Positions 37,744-49,793 of a DNA stretch of 64,000 nt are shown piece by piece. The position numbers were made by a program, and so were the translations under genes. Below the pieces are notes generated by a model. The model ran no database searches and was not told the origin of the DNA. It worked only from the letters and a program-made list of their open reading frames with translations. The DNA comes from Hydrurus foetidus (taxonomy: Eukaryota), in NCBI GenBank assembly GCA_900617105.1, contig UYFQ01000779.1, forward strand, positions 1 to 64,000, in the 5' to 3' direction. How positions within the stretch are numbered: position 1 is the first letter of the stretch; each line of letters begins with the position of its first letter.

Positions 37744-39096
37744 ATGAAGAAGCTAATAGCATTACTTCTGTTCTTAATATATCATTTGTATCTGCACAAA
37801 ATGCAAGGTTTCTTATACCCTATAGAGTGGGTAACAAATGGGGTTTTTGTGATACTTTAGGCAAAGTAAAATTGCTCCACAGTTTAGTGAAGTTAATTTT
37901 TGAAGAAAGAAATAAACTTATTACAACTACGCAAAAGTTAAAAAGATACGATTGAATTTTACATTGATACTTTAGGTAAGCCATATATTCCTGCTGAATA
38001 TTTGCAAGTAAATATGCTTACCTACAATAATGAAATTTTTTTCTGTTGTAAATTCAAAGAGGAAATATGGTTTATACAATAATCGAAAAAAATTCTGAAT
38101 TGCGATTTCGATCAAATAGAACAACTGCACAATAACAAATTTCTAATAAATAATAAAAAATAAAGTTGGGTTGATAAATGCAAAAGGGATGTTCTTATTC
38201 CAATGCAGTTTGATAATATTAAATTGAGTAAAAAACATTCCACAAAAGAGAAATTAGTTTGGTTAGCATATAAAGGGATAATGCAACGACTTTTTGATGA
38301 AATAGGAAAAGAGGGTCTTGACTCTACTGCATTATATTTTAATTATGACTACAAGGAAATTCAAGAAGAAAATAAAAGCAACAAGAAGAAATTAAGCGAA
38401 AGAATAATGGGTTAAATAACAGTCAGATTGATGCCATATCAAATGCAATGGATACTGTTGCAGGAACAGAATCACAGGAAAGTAAAAATATTAATGACTC
38501 TTTATAAATATGATGAAAGCATTGAAATTAAAATATAAACTAGATTCAATTTCTTCAATTTCATTCAACCCTAAGGAAAAAGATTATTTCTTTTATGCCG
38601 AAAAAGATAATCTTGTGGTATCATCGACGATTCATTAAAGCTATTTATGCTTGGCAAAGTATGATATAGAACAAATAGTTATTAATGATAGAATAAGCTG
38701 GTTATATAATGATTATCAAAGTTTAGCGTTGTTTATATATGTAAAGAATGAAAAGTATGGTTTAACAAACGAGTTCGATGATGTTTTGCTTGAACCGATT
38801 TATGATAATATTCAGTACGACCAAGTTGATGGGGTATTTTATGTAATAAAAATAACACAACAAAATTCATAAATATTAACTCTTGTTATTTCGGGAGTAA
38901 AAATTTTACTCTTCTGTAACATTAGAAAAATCAATAAAAGTAAATGAACATTGAACTATAATATTTTAAAGTTACAGATGAGAACTATAATTTAATTGGT
39001 TATGTCGGCGAAAATGGATTGGAATATTTTAAAAATGTTATTCCCAATAACCAAATAATAAAGAAAACTGTTAAATACAAATCGGTATTAAATTAA
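37744..39096 (+). CDS. WG-repeat-containing exported protein
   Basis: Signal peptide, LIPYRVGNKWGFCDTLGK, KVGLINAKG.VLIP.QFD, KYGLTNEFD..LLEPIYD, GYVGENG. Confidence 0.7.
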
Positions 39097-39120
39097 CTAT
39101 CCAAAACTAAAACAACTTAT

Positions 39121-40656
39121 ATGAAGCAATTATTTACTGCGTTGCTTTTCTTGCTTTCTACAAACTTATTTTCTCAAAATAGTTTAAACAAAACCCAACA
39201 CAAAGATTCTATTGCAAAGTATATAGGCAATGGTGTCTACTTAACTGTTACTGGCTGCATTGGTGATGAAGCTTCGCAAAAATTACATTATATTTTACAT
39301 TAACCAATCCATCAAAAGCATCAAAAATTAAAATTGATCCTTGGAATGAAGTGCCAGTTGGTGCTTATGATAATGATGGCAATCAGTTTCCTTTTGGTAC
39401 TGTAAATCTTGCCAATCAAACTGGCTATGGACAGGTAGAAACAGAGCTGCCAACAAACCTAAAAGTTAAAGGTTACATTACATTTATAAATGTTTTAACA
39501 AAGAAAAAACTTGCACATATTTCAATACCAATAAGCAGTGGTAATTGGCCAAGTGCAAGCGATGTGTTACAAGAGATTATTGAAATAAATAATGTGAGTG
39601 TAAATTGGAATCCTAAAGCATTTCCTTATGAGGAAGTTGAAGATAAAAACTCGAAGGTTGATTTTATAAAAGAAGGCTTTAATAAAAGTATTTGCAATGG
39701 TTTAGATTTTTATTACACAGGTTGCAATGGATATGCAGCTGCACAAACAACCACTATTTTTTACTATTGCAAACAGTAACAAGGCAAACCAAAAGTTACT
39801 ATAGATCCTTTTGCAATTAAACGTGCATTTGCATTCGATAATATAGGCAATCTGTATGCTTTAGTAATGTAACCATTGTAAATGAAAGTGCTGATGGAAC
39901 TTTAGAATTTATGATACCAACAGAGTTTATTTGTAAAAGAAGCATTACTTTTAAAAATGTATTGCCAGTTGCCAATAGTTTGGGCATTGTAAATTTTTCT
40001 GTTAAATCAGAAAACTGGAATGGTAGTGGAAATGAAACAGAAGATGCTGTGCAACTGAATAATATTAAAATAAATGGGCATCAACAACTAACCCCAATTA
40101 CGATTTTAAACCAAGCAAAAAACTTCAACAAACACTAGTATTGAAAATAATGAAGTAAGTGTCGTTCCTAATAAAGCCAGAACACTTGATAATAATTTAG
40201 ACTTGATTATTTTGAAATGCGAGGAGATTCTGTTGACCAAACTGTAACTATTTTTACACTCTATCTAACCCTAGAAAACCACATCAAAAATACAGTTACA
40301 AAGTTTAAATAATGAACCAATTATTGCTTTGATGCCAATGGCAATCAGTATAAAATTAATAATATCAATTTAGAAGATACAATTCAAGTGATGATGTGTC
40401 TGCTATTGTGCCAACAGGAATTACTGTAAATGGTAGTGTAACTTTTATTAATGTGTTTCCTTTAGTTAATAATTTTCATTAGTAAAATTCCCATTAAAGC
40501 AGGGAATAATAATGGCAATCAAACGACAAAATAGAAACTGTTTATCTAAAAAATATTAAAATAAAGTGGACAAGAATTAAACCCAAAGAAACTACTACAG
40601 AAAATGGAGAACAGCCCAAAGCCACGCCACCAGTAAAACGCAGAAGGTATCAATAA
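39121..40656 (+). CDS. Exported protein with 3 copies of an unnamed ~130-aa domain
   Basis: Signal peptide MKQLFTALLFLLSTNLFSQ; repeats with CxGxxxxQ (Cys codons at 39256, 39723, 40218), AxDxxGNxY/F, PT..GxITFxNV, NxxxNW. Confidence 0.7.
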
Positions 40657-40688
40657 CATATTCTTATCTACCTAAAATAAAATTTTTA

Positions 40689-42539
40689 ATGAAACATATA
40701 TATATATTCATAGCTTTTCTGTTTAGCTTGGTTCATTCTTTTGCCCAACAAAAAGTACAGAGAATACTAGAAATAAAACAATTGGTAATGGGTTACAACT
40801 AAAGTAGAAGATTGTATTGGTGATAGTATGAACAATACCATCACAGTTTTTTAGCATTACAAACCATCAATTACCCAATCAAAAATTCAAATAGAGATAG
40901 ACAATAAATATCCAGCAATGGCATTTGATGATAATGGTAACAAGTATTTTCATAATAAAATAATGCTTGCTGGTATAACAAGTAATAATACAGTTGCCAC
41001 ACAAATACCAACCAATGTTAGCGTTTGGGGTTGCATAACTTACTTCAATGTTTATCCTTCTACAAACAATTTAAATCTAATAACTTTTCCTATAGCAAGT
41101 AATTGAATGGAAATCAACCATTAAAAATGAGTGGTTAGAAATAAAAATGTACCTGTAATTTGGAACATTGCCAAAAGCCCTAATTACAATAATCAATGCA
41201 GTTTTGCAAACAGGTAGTTTAAAAAATTGAACAACGGTTTAGACTTCACTTTTACAAAATGTGAAGGAGATGTATCTACACAATTGGTGACCGTTTACTT
41301 TACAATCAACAGCAGCAAATTTGAAAGTAAAAATAGATCCTTGGGGAAATGAAAAGCAATTTTGATAGATGCAAGGGAAACAGTTTACTTTTCATAATGC
41401 AAGTTTATCAAACAATGTAAATAATGGACAAGTTGAAACTGATTTGCCAACAGGTGCTTTAATAAAAGGAAGTATTTCGTTTGAAATATGTTGCCTACCA
41501 ATACAGCAATTTCATTGTTAAATATTCCATTGACTTGGAAGTATGCAACAGAATCGAATTATTATGATGTTGATGAAGGCAATGTTCAACTAAGAAATAT
41601 TAGAATAAATTGGAATACCGATAAAACAATTAGCAATTCAAATTATCCTTATTTAATTAAGAATCTAGATAACGGAATTCAAATGTTTATCACAGGTTGT
41701 AAAGGAAATGTTGCCTCGCAACAGCAACGGTTTATTATGCTTTTACAATAAATCAAACCCAGTTCAAAAGCTAAATATTAATCCTTGGGATAATGGAAAA
41801 GCAATGCAATTGATGAACAAGGAAACGATTATAGTTTCACCAAAATTATCTTGCACAAACAATTTCTAATGGCACAATAGAGAAAATTTTACCAACAAAT
41901 TTGCTGCTCAATGGTGCTATGAGTTTTAAGAATGTTTTGCCTGCTACCTCAAAATTTTCATTAGTTAATTTACCAGTTAATATTAGTAATTGGAAAGGAG
42001 GTGAAAACGTTTTTAATGATGTGGTGCAGCTTAGAGATTTAAAATTGATTGGGATAATAAAACCCCTGATTTTATCTAATAATGAGTTAAGTATTGCTAT
42101 AAAGAAACAAATATTGAAGATGATGAGCAATATAAAAAAGCAAAAATTAGTATCTGGTGTTGATTTTATTTTCACAGAATGTCAGGGCGATTCAGCATCA
42201 CAAACAGTTACAATCTTTTTAAAATATTAAATCAGGCAAAGCACATCAAAAATAAATGTTGATCCTTGGTGGGGAACTTATGCAAGAGCCATTGATGAAA
42301 ATGGTAATGATTATAAGTTTGAAATCTTAATTTAGGAAGGCAATATGGCAATGGCTATTTAAAAGCAGAACTACCAAGTGGGTTGTTTGTTAATGGTTTT
42401 ATTACTTTTAATGAAGTAGAGGCTTCAAGCAATTATTTAAACTTGGTAAATATTCAATTTATAGCAAAACAGGTTGGATAATAACGAGAAAAGAATAGGA
42501 AATAATTGAATTGAAAACGTGAAAATTAATTGGCAATAA
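40689..42539 (+). CDS. Paralogous exported protein with 4 copies of the same domain
   Basis: Signal peptide ending SFAQ; Cys codons at 40813, 41260, 41698, 42180 in the same motif; ends ...KINWQ*. Confidence 0.7.
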
Positions 42540-42547
42540 AATATAAA

Positions 42548-43121
42548 ATGAAAGTAAAATTATTAGTCTGTCTTGTTTTATTATCATCAATTTCTTTTGC
42601 CCAAAACTGGGAAATTGATTTATTGAAAATATTAATTCAAGCCAATCTCACAGTGCATTTCAGCAAAATATTTCAAAGTCTGTTTACCCATTGGCATTGG
42701 CAACTCCAATTGCAATGTTTGCAACTAGTTTAATTAATAAGTGATAAAAATTGCAACACCAAAGCTATAAAGTGGTTGGTTCTTTACTTATTAATACAGC
42801 CATTACACAAGCAATGAAATACACCATAAATCGCAATCGTCCTTATCAAGATTACCCAACAATTATTTCCCAAATAATATAGAAAACGATGCTTCTTTTC
42901 AAGTGGACATACTTCAACAGCATTTGCATTAGCTACATCAATGTCTATTCAATATAAAAAGTGGTATGTTGTTGTGCCAAGTTTTTGTGGGCAAGTAGTG
43001 TTGGTTATTCAAGGCTGTATTTAGGCGAGCATTATCCAACAGATGTTTTGCAGGTGCAGCCATTGGTATTGGCAGTGCTTATTTGAGTGAGTGGTTAAAT
43101 AAAAAGTTGTTTAAGAAATAA
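42548..43121 (+). CDS. PAP2 family phosphatase
   Basis: MKYTINRNRPY, SF.SGHTSTAF, VGYSRLYLGEHYPTDV. Confidence 0.9.
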
Positions 43122-43601
43122 ATGATGAATTCAAAAGTTTATTATCAAGGATATTGAAGATTCTAGGAATAAGTTTTACTTGCTTATCAATCTTTGTATT
43201 ATTTCCACTAATATTTTTATGAAATCATTTTAAGTGATTCTTATGAAAAATATGACTATGAACAAATAAATAAAATGGCATTAATAAAGTTGCTAAAGTT
43301 GTTAATATAGCTACTGTAGATAACGTTAGTGTTAATGGCAAAACCCATTTATAATAACTTATCAGTTTGAGGATAAAATAAAAAATCATTGATAAATGTC
43401 AAACATTTGATATTGCTAATGCTTTAGGAAAAATTGAAATTGGACGTGAAATTAGCATTAAATACTATAATAATGAATCTGTACCAATAGGACTAAAACC
43501 ATATACATTTCCTTTTGGTTTTGTTCTACATATTACCTATTGTTTTCTTTATACTTGGACTTGCCTTTGGGTTTATATCTTATAAAATGAATAGAAAATG
43601 A
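43122..43601 (+). CDS. Hypothetical two-TM membrane protein
   Basis: Hydrophobic N- and C-terminal segments around a VSVNGK..FIITYQF domain; abuts both neighbours. Confidence 0.5.
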
Positions 43602-44077
43602 TAATAAGAGAAGCTACGCTAAATGATATAGAGGTCATTCAATCTATTGCCAAAACAACATGGGCTGTAACCTATAATTTTCTCTCAAAAGAGCAAATGG
43701 AATTTATGCTAGATTGGATGTAGCACAACATCTCTTGAGGAACAAATGCAAAATGAACATCATTTTTTGTTGCAGAACTTGATAATACAATTATTGGCTT
43801 TGCTTCTGTTAATAAGGAAGATGAAAATATTTGCAAACTAAATAAACTATATGTTTTACCAACTACTCAAAAACAGGAGCTGGAAAAGCTTTACTGCAAA
43901 GCGTTATAACTTACAAAAAGAAAATGGTGGCAAGGAAATTCAACTGCAAGTAAATAGAAATAATAACGCCAAAGACTTCTACATAAAACAAGGATTTGAA
44001 ATTTTATACGAAGCAGATTTTAAAATTGGTAACGGATTTTTATGAATGATTATGTAATGAGTCTTAGGCTTTCTTAA
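43598..44077 (+). CDS. GNAT family N-acetyltransferase
   Basis: MIIREAT, IGFAS, KLNKLYVLP..GAGKALL, LQVNRNNNAKDFY.KQGF, FMNDYVM. Confidence 0.9.
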
Positions 44078-45275
44078 GCTTCTTTCTCACCAAAGTATTG
44101 TAAGCCAGAAAGCTACTTACAACAGTCAAAATACAACCCAAATACATTGCAGTCTCAGGAATATAAACAATAGCTTTTGGTGATGAAAAATATGCAAATA
44201 CATTGGTCATAATTAATGGTCCAACAATTAAAGCTAAACTCATCAAACTCGTCATTCCACCTTGCAATTCTCCTTGTTCATTAGTTGGCACTTCGTTACT
44301 CATAATACCTTGTATTGCTGGCATTGTTAATCCACCTAATCCATATACTACCATAAATGCATACATCATCCAACCTTGTGTAGCTGCACCAAACAATAGA
44401 AAACCTAGTGCATAAAATGCTAATCCAATATAAACGCTTTTTCCAGTCCTAATTTTGGAATCATTATTCTAATTAAACCTCCTTGCACAATGGCAACAAC
44501 AACACCCACAAAAGCTAATGACCACCCAACTTCTGTTAGTGACCAGCTGAATTTATGAATACAATAATAACTCCAAGTTGTTTGTACTGTACGAGAGGCA
44601 ACATATAATAAAAAAGAGAAATGACTAAGCCTAGAATTACAGGTATTTTTAAAATGAATGATGGTTCCAATGGGGTTTGCTCTGCTCCAACTAAAAGCTC
44701 TTCTTTTTCTTTTGGTAAAGATTCTGGTAGAATTACATAGCCATATAAAAAGTTAACCATTGACAAAATGCTGCAGCAAAAAAAGGTAGTCTAACATCAT
44801 ACTTACCTAAAATCCCACCCAATAAAGGACCAATAATAAATCCTAATCCAAATGCGACACCAATCATTCCAAAATTTTGAGCTTTCTGGCGTGCTAATAT
44901 CACCAATGTAAGCACTGGCAGTAGAGAAACTAGCACCTGTGATACCAGCAATAGTTCTACCAACAAATAACCAAAATATAGTTGGGGCAAAAGCTGTAAA
45001 TAGATAATCTAAGGAAAAGCCAAATAGGGCAAAAAGTAGTATGGGCCTTCGTCCAAATCGATCACTTAAATTGCCAAGTATGGGTGCACAAAATAGTTGC
45101 ATAACAGCATAAGTTGCTTGTAGCCATCCACCGTAAACAGCAGCTTGGCTAATGGTGCAATGTGTAAGTTGTTGTAACAATGTTGGAATTACAGGAATGA
45201 TAATACCAAAGCCAGTTATATCAATTAATAAAGTAATAAATATAAAGCTTAGAGCAGCTTGCTTTTTATTGCCAT
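44064..45275 (-). CDS. TCR/Tet family MFS transporter
   Basis: [56 protein letters not shown]. Confidence 0.9.
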
Positions 45276-45419
45276 AAACACAGTTAAGGGTTGCAATGTA
45301 GTAAAACCATCTTTAAAATATATTCTAGTATTTAGTTTAATAATTATTAAGAACAGATTGCTTTAAAATCTTATTTAATTGAAATGTTTCATAACCTTAC
45401 TTTTGTTAAAAATAATTGT

Positions 45420-46228
45420 ATGTCTAATAATTTATTGAAAGGCAAAATGGAATCATATTTGGTGCTTTAAACGACCAGTCTATAGCTTGGAAAGCTGCTC
45501 AAAATGTGTTGAACAAGGAGCTAATATAGTTTTAACAAATGCTCCTATTGCATTACGTATGGGAGAAATTAACAAACTTTCTGAGGAATGTAATGCACCT
45601 GTAATTGGTGCTGATGTTACCAATATGGATGATTTGAAAAGTTTGTTTGAAAAGTCAATGGAACATTTTGGTGGTAAAATTGATTTTGTTTTGCATAGTG
45701 TTGGTATGAGTATGAACATTAGAAAAGGCAATCATTACACAAAACTCAACCGTGAATTGGAATATAAAACTTTGGATATTTCTGCATTAAGCTTACATCG
45801 TGTTTGTCAAACAGCTTATGAAATGGATGCTATGAGTGAGTGGGGTAGTATTGTTTGTTTAACATATATAGCTGCACAAAGAGTTTTTCCTGATTATAAT
45901 GAAATGGCTGATGCTAAGGCTTTACTGGAAAGCATTGCACGTAGTTTTGGATACCATTATGGTGTTAAAATAAAGTACGTATTAACACAATTTCTCAATC
46001 CCCAACTCGTACAACAGCTGGGAGTGGTGTGAAAGGATTTGATGGCTTTATTAATTATGCAGAAAGATGAGTCCTTTAGGTAATGCAAGTGCAGAGGATT
46101 GTGCTAATTACTGTGTAACATTATTTAGTGATTTAACTAGAATGGTTACTATGCAAAACCTTTTCCACGATGGAGGATTTAGTTTTACTGGTGTTACTCA
46201 AGCTGTGATTGAACAAATGGAGAAATAG
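45420..46228 (+). CDS. fabI: Enoyl-ACP reductase
   Basis: LLKGK.GIIFGALN..SIAW, IDFVLHSVGMS, LTYIAAQR..PDYNEMADAK, ISQSPT, MQNLFHDGG. Confidence 0.9.
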
Positions 46229-46260
46229 GAATCGATAAATAATTGAATAGATATATTAAC

Positions 46261-46290
46261 AAAAACCATCTCAATTTTGAGATGGTTTTT
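46261..46290. terminator. Bidirectional terminator between fabI and recA
   Basis: AAAAACCATCTCAA-TT-TTGAGATGGTTTTT. Confidence 0.85.
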
Positions 46291-46330
46291 TCACTTACTA
46301 GTCCGTGTACCTTATAAAAGTCCAAATAAA

Positions 46331-47356
46331 CTATTCATTTTATAATGCAACAACTCCAGATTGTATTTCTGCAAGCTTTGCTCTAATCTTCCCTTCAATT
46401 TCTGTTGCTAAAGCTGGATTGTCTAGCAAAAGTTGTTTTACTGTATTCTGCCTTGACCCAATTTATTGCTATCATAACTAAACCAACTTCCACTTTTGTT
46501 TACAATTCCCAGCTCAACACCCATATCAACAATTTCTCCTACTTTGCTAATTCCTTCACCAAAAATAATATCAAATTCTGCCATTCTAAAAGGTGGAGCA
46601 ACTTTATTTTTACCACTTTTACTTTAGATCTGTTTCCTATTGCAATATCTCCATCTTTAATTTGAGCAACTCTTCTAATATCTAATCTTACAGAAGCATA
46701 GAATTTAAGTGCATTACCACCGGTTGTTGTTTCTGGGCTACCAAACATTACACCTATCTTTCTCTTAACTGATTAATAAAAATACAAACAGTATTTGTTT
46801 TATTAATGGTAGCAGTCAATTTCCTTAATGCTTGACTCATTAATCTAGCGTGAAGTCCCATTTTGCTATCACCCATCTCACCCTCTAATTCACTTTTAGG
46901 AACAAGGGCTGCAACAGAATCTATCACAACAACATCTAACGCTCCAGATAAAATTAATCTATCTGCAATTTCTAAAGCTTGCTCGCCATAATCTGGTTGA
47001 GAGATTAAAGATTGTCAACATCAACGCCTAATTTTGAGCATAGCTACTATCAAAAGCGTGTTCTGCATCTATAAAAGCACAAATGCCTCCACGTTTTGAG
47101 CTTCAGCGATAATATGTGTAGCAATGGTTGTTTTACCACTACTTTCTGGTCCATAAATTTCAATGATTCTACCTTTTGGCACACCGCCAACACCAAGTGC
47201 TGCATCTAATCCAATAGAGCCAGTGCTGATAACTTCCATTTCGTGTTCTGGCTTGTCGCTCATCATCATCACACTTCCTTTGCCATAATCTTTATCAATT
47301 TTATCGATGGTAAGTTTTAGTGCTTTTAATTTATCGGCATTTGTATTTGTACTCAT
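46331..47356 (-). CDS. recA: Recombinase A
   Basis: [64 protein letters not shown]. Confidence 0.98.
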
Positions 47357-47420
47357 TTTTAATTTATTTAGTGGTCAAATGTAATAAGGCAACAAAGCTA
47401 AAGGAAAACATTTATAAACA

Positions 47421-47433
47421 CTAATATTTTTAG
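47421..47433. promoter_or_regulatory. Bacteroidota SOS-type box upstream of recA
   Basis: CTAA-TATTT-TTAG (CTAA-N5-TTAG); minus-strand -7 elements at 47393-47400 and 47376-47383. Confidence 0.7.
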
Positions 47434-47477
47434 TAATTTTGCTAATTTTTTGTAAGTAGATTAGCAACTATATGACT

Positions 47478-48014
47478 TTAATGTGATAAGGCTTAAACTA
47501 TGGTATGATTTCTACCCTTGTGCCAACAGGAAGTTGGCTATATATTTCTTGAACATAATCGTTTTTGTGCTAACACAACCTTCTGTCCAATTTTGATGTT
47601 CATCAACAGCAAAATCTTCTCTAGGCCAAGTGCCACGAATGCCTATTGAACCACCAATTTTGCATTAGCTGGAATTTCTCCATTGGCTTTTCTTTGATAA
47701 AACTTACGATAGCTTTCTGCATTAGGATAATCAATAGCCATAAATCTATTCCATTTTGATGCACTCTTTTGCAGCTATATGAAAAGTTCCTTCGGAGTTC
47801 TTCTATCGCCTTCATACATTTTATCGCTTTGATCACTATTGCCAAATGTAACAGGATAGCTTACCACAAAAGTATTTTCGGCATCGTAAATATTCATTGT
47901 GTAGTTGCTTTTGCTAACTACAATATAAAAATCATCTTTACCGGGCAACTTAGTAAACGAAGCGTGTGCAAAGAAAATAACAGATAATAATAGGGATGTT
48001 TTCAGTGTTTTCAT
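47478..48014 (-). CDS. L,D-transpeptidase family protein
   Basis: IVVSKSNY, DKMYEGDRRTP, GIRGT, NWTEGCV; signal peptide. Confidence 0.8.
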
Positions 48015-48179
48015 ACTTAGAATATGAAACGCAATTTAACTGAAAAATTATAGATTTAAACATATTTATTACAAAATTTTGTTAAACATTTTTCGCAATG
48101 GATTTATTGAACATTTTATAAAATAATATTCTTAAAAGAAATAAAAGAATAAGCCTATTTTTTCTAAATATATCTTAAA

Positions 48180-48217
48180 ACAAAAAGCAACTTCAAAATT
48201 TTGAAGTTGCTTTTTGT
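48180..48217 (-). terminator. Terminator after DUF4907 gene
   Basis: ACAAAAAGCAACTTCAAA-AT-TTTGAAGTTGCTTTTTGT. Confidence 0.8.
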
Positions 48218-48540
48218 TATCTTGTTATTTTTAAACTATCAATTTCTTGAATCGTTATTTGTGGTAAACCACCACCTTTTCCTTGTTTTATTTTACTAGC
48301 TACTAATTCTCCTAATCTAACTGCCTCATCTTTACTAGCAAAACTTTTTCGTCCTTCAATAGCTGGTATTATTTCTTGATGAATATATAGTTTGTTATCT
48401 TTATAAATATCGTAACCCCAACCTTTATTATATGTATTGAAAGCCTTTACTTGTAAACTTTGATTCTCTTTAATTACTTTTGATAGATAAAAAAATGACA
48501 GAGAACAACAAAAGTAAATAAGCCCAATATTTTTAATCAT
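48217..48540 (-). CDS. DUF4907 family protein
   Basis: GWGYDIY..KLYIHQEIIPAIEG.K.F...A...K...LPQIT..EIDSL. Confidence 0.8.
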   Translation of the reverse strand: MIKNIGLIYFCCSLSFFYLSKVIKENQSLQVKAFNTYNKGWGYDIYKDNKLYIHQEIIPAIEGRKSFASKDEAVRLGELVASKIKQGKGGGLPQITIQEIDSLKITR

Positions 48541-49575
48541 TAACATTATATGTTTCACTTGGTTTAAACTCGTCTAAATTATCAAAATAGTAAGTTGAGT
48601 TTGTACCTAAACCAACAAATCCTTTACCACCAGCTGTAAATCCAACTGCAGCATTTCGTGTGCTTCTTTCAAAATTTGTTTTTGAACCCATAAATCAGTT
48701 GCAAAATCATATTCCCAAACTGTATTTACGTTTGAACCATTTTGCCCTGTAGCTAAATATCCTTTTGTACCAACTACAAATCCTACAGCACCTCCTCTAA
48801 CAATTGATGCATACAAATCGTCATAAACTTCTGAACTTAAATTTGCAATATCTCTCAGTTTAGTCCACTTATCAGTTGTTGGGTTGTATTTAGCCATTTC
48901 TGTTACAGTTGTACCATTGTTTGTACCAGAAACAATATATGCTTCTCCACCATAAACCATTGCAACAGCATCTCTTCTTTTATCAGATGTATTCATACTT
49001 TGCTTTTGAAGTCCAAGTTCCCATAGCTCCATTTGCAGGATCAAATTCCCATAAATCTTTTGTATGACTACCAGTATACCCACTACAGATATATCCTTTA
49101 GCACCAATACCAAAACCAACAGCACCATAACGTGCACCACTACCAATAACTCCATTTGCAGGGTCTGGTAAGTTTGCTTTTGAAGTCCAAGTATTTGTTC
49201 CTGGATTATATTCCCAATTATCTTGTAACTTATTTACACCATCATATCCTGTTGTAACATAGCCTTTTCCACCAGCAGCAAATGCAGCAGTTGAATTTCT
49301 TTGGTCCACCCATTAATGCTACTTGACTCCAAGTATCATTAACTGGATTGTAAGCCCAAAATCGTTGTATCTAATAGTGCCATCAAAACCAGTTCCAACA
49401 TAAGCAATATCATTAATTACAAAACTTACAGCCCCAGCTCTGCCATTGCCATCAAATGCAGAACGTTTAACCCAGTTACCAACAGTTGCCACTGTTTCAT
49501 CTGTAGTTGATGTGCAGGCAACGCCAATTAAAACAAAACTGGTTGCAACAACTACTAATTTTTTAAATGCTTCAT
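48533..49575 (-). CDS. Kelch-repeat beta-propeller lipoprotein
   Basis: Lipobox IGVAC; repeated R..A.GF..G.KGY...GY....D.WEY.P..D.W units. Confidence 0.85.
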
Positions 49576-49793
49576 CTTTAAAATTTACTTTTATTTTAGG
49601 TTTAATATTTTTCTATTCAAATAGTTTTGAATAGCATCAAAATATAAAGACCGCAAAATAGTAGTGTGCTGCTTACATAAAGTTAAAACTTTCATAAATT
49701 AATAAACTGTCTTTTGGGCTAATTGTCAACTTGTATATTTGCCACCCAATAAATTGTTTATGCTTCTAGCTTAAACAGAATCAGAAATTGTAT

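Noticed and set aside
28800..41110. TGA at expected Trp positions (e.g. 28803, 36291, 41104) suggesting genetic code 4
   Set aside because: Most Trp are TGG, TGA serves as a real stop (Crp, ureA, ureC), and these cases fit base errors in TGG
39121..42539. Diversity-generating retroelement or CRISPR explanation for the repeats
   Set aside because: Repeats are divergent protein-level domains; no reverse transcriptase, near-identical TR/VR pair or spacer-repeat array
44064..45275. Acquired tetracycline resistance
   Set aside because: TCR-like MFS genes are common chromosomal genes in Bacteroidota; no tetR or mobile context
49576..49793. LytTR-type direct repeats in the divergent promoter
   Set aside because: Only short AT-rich matches (CATAAA x2); not distinguishable from background
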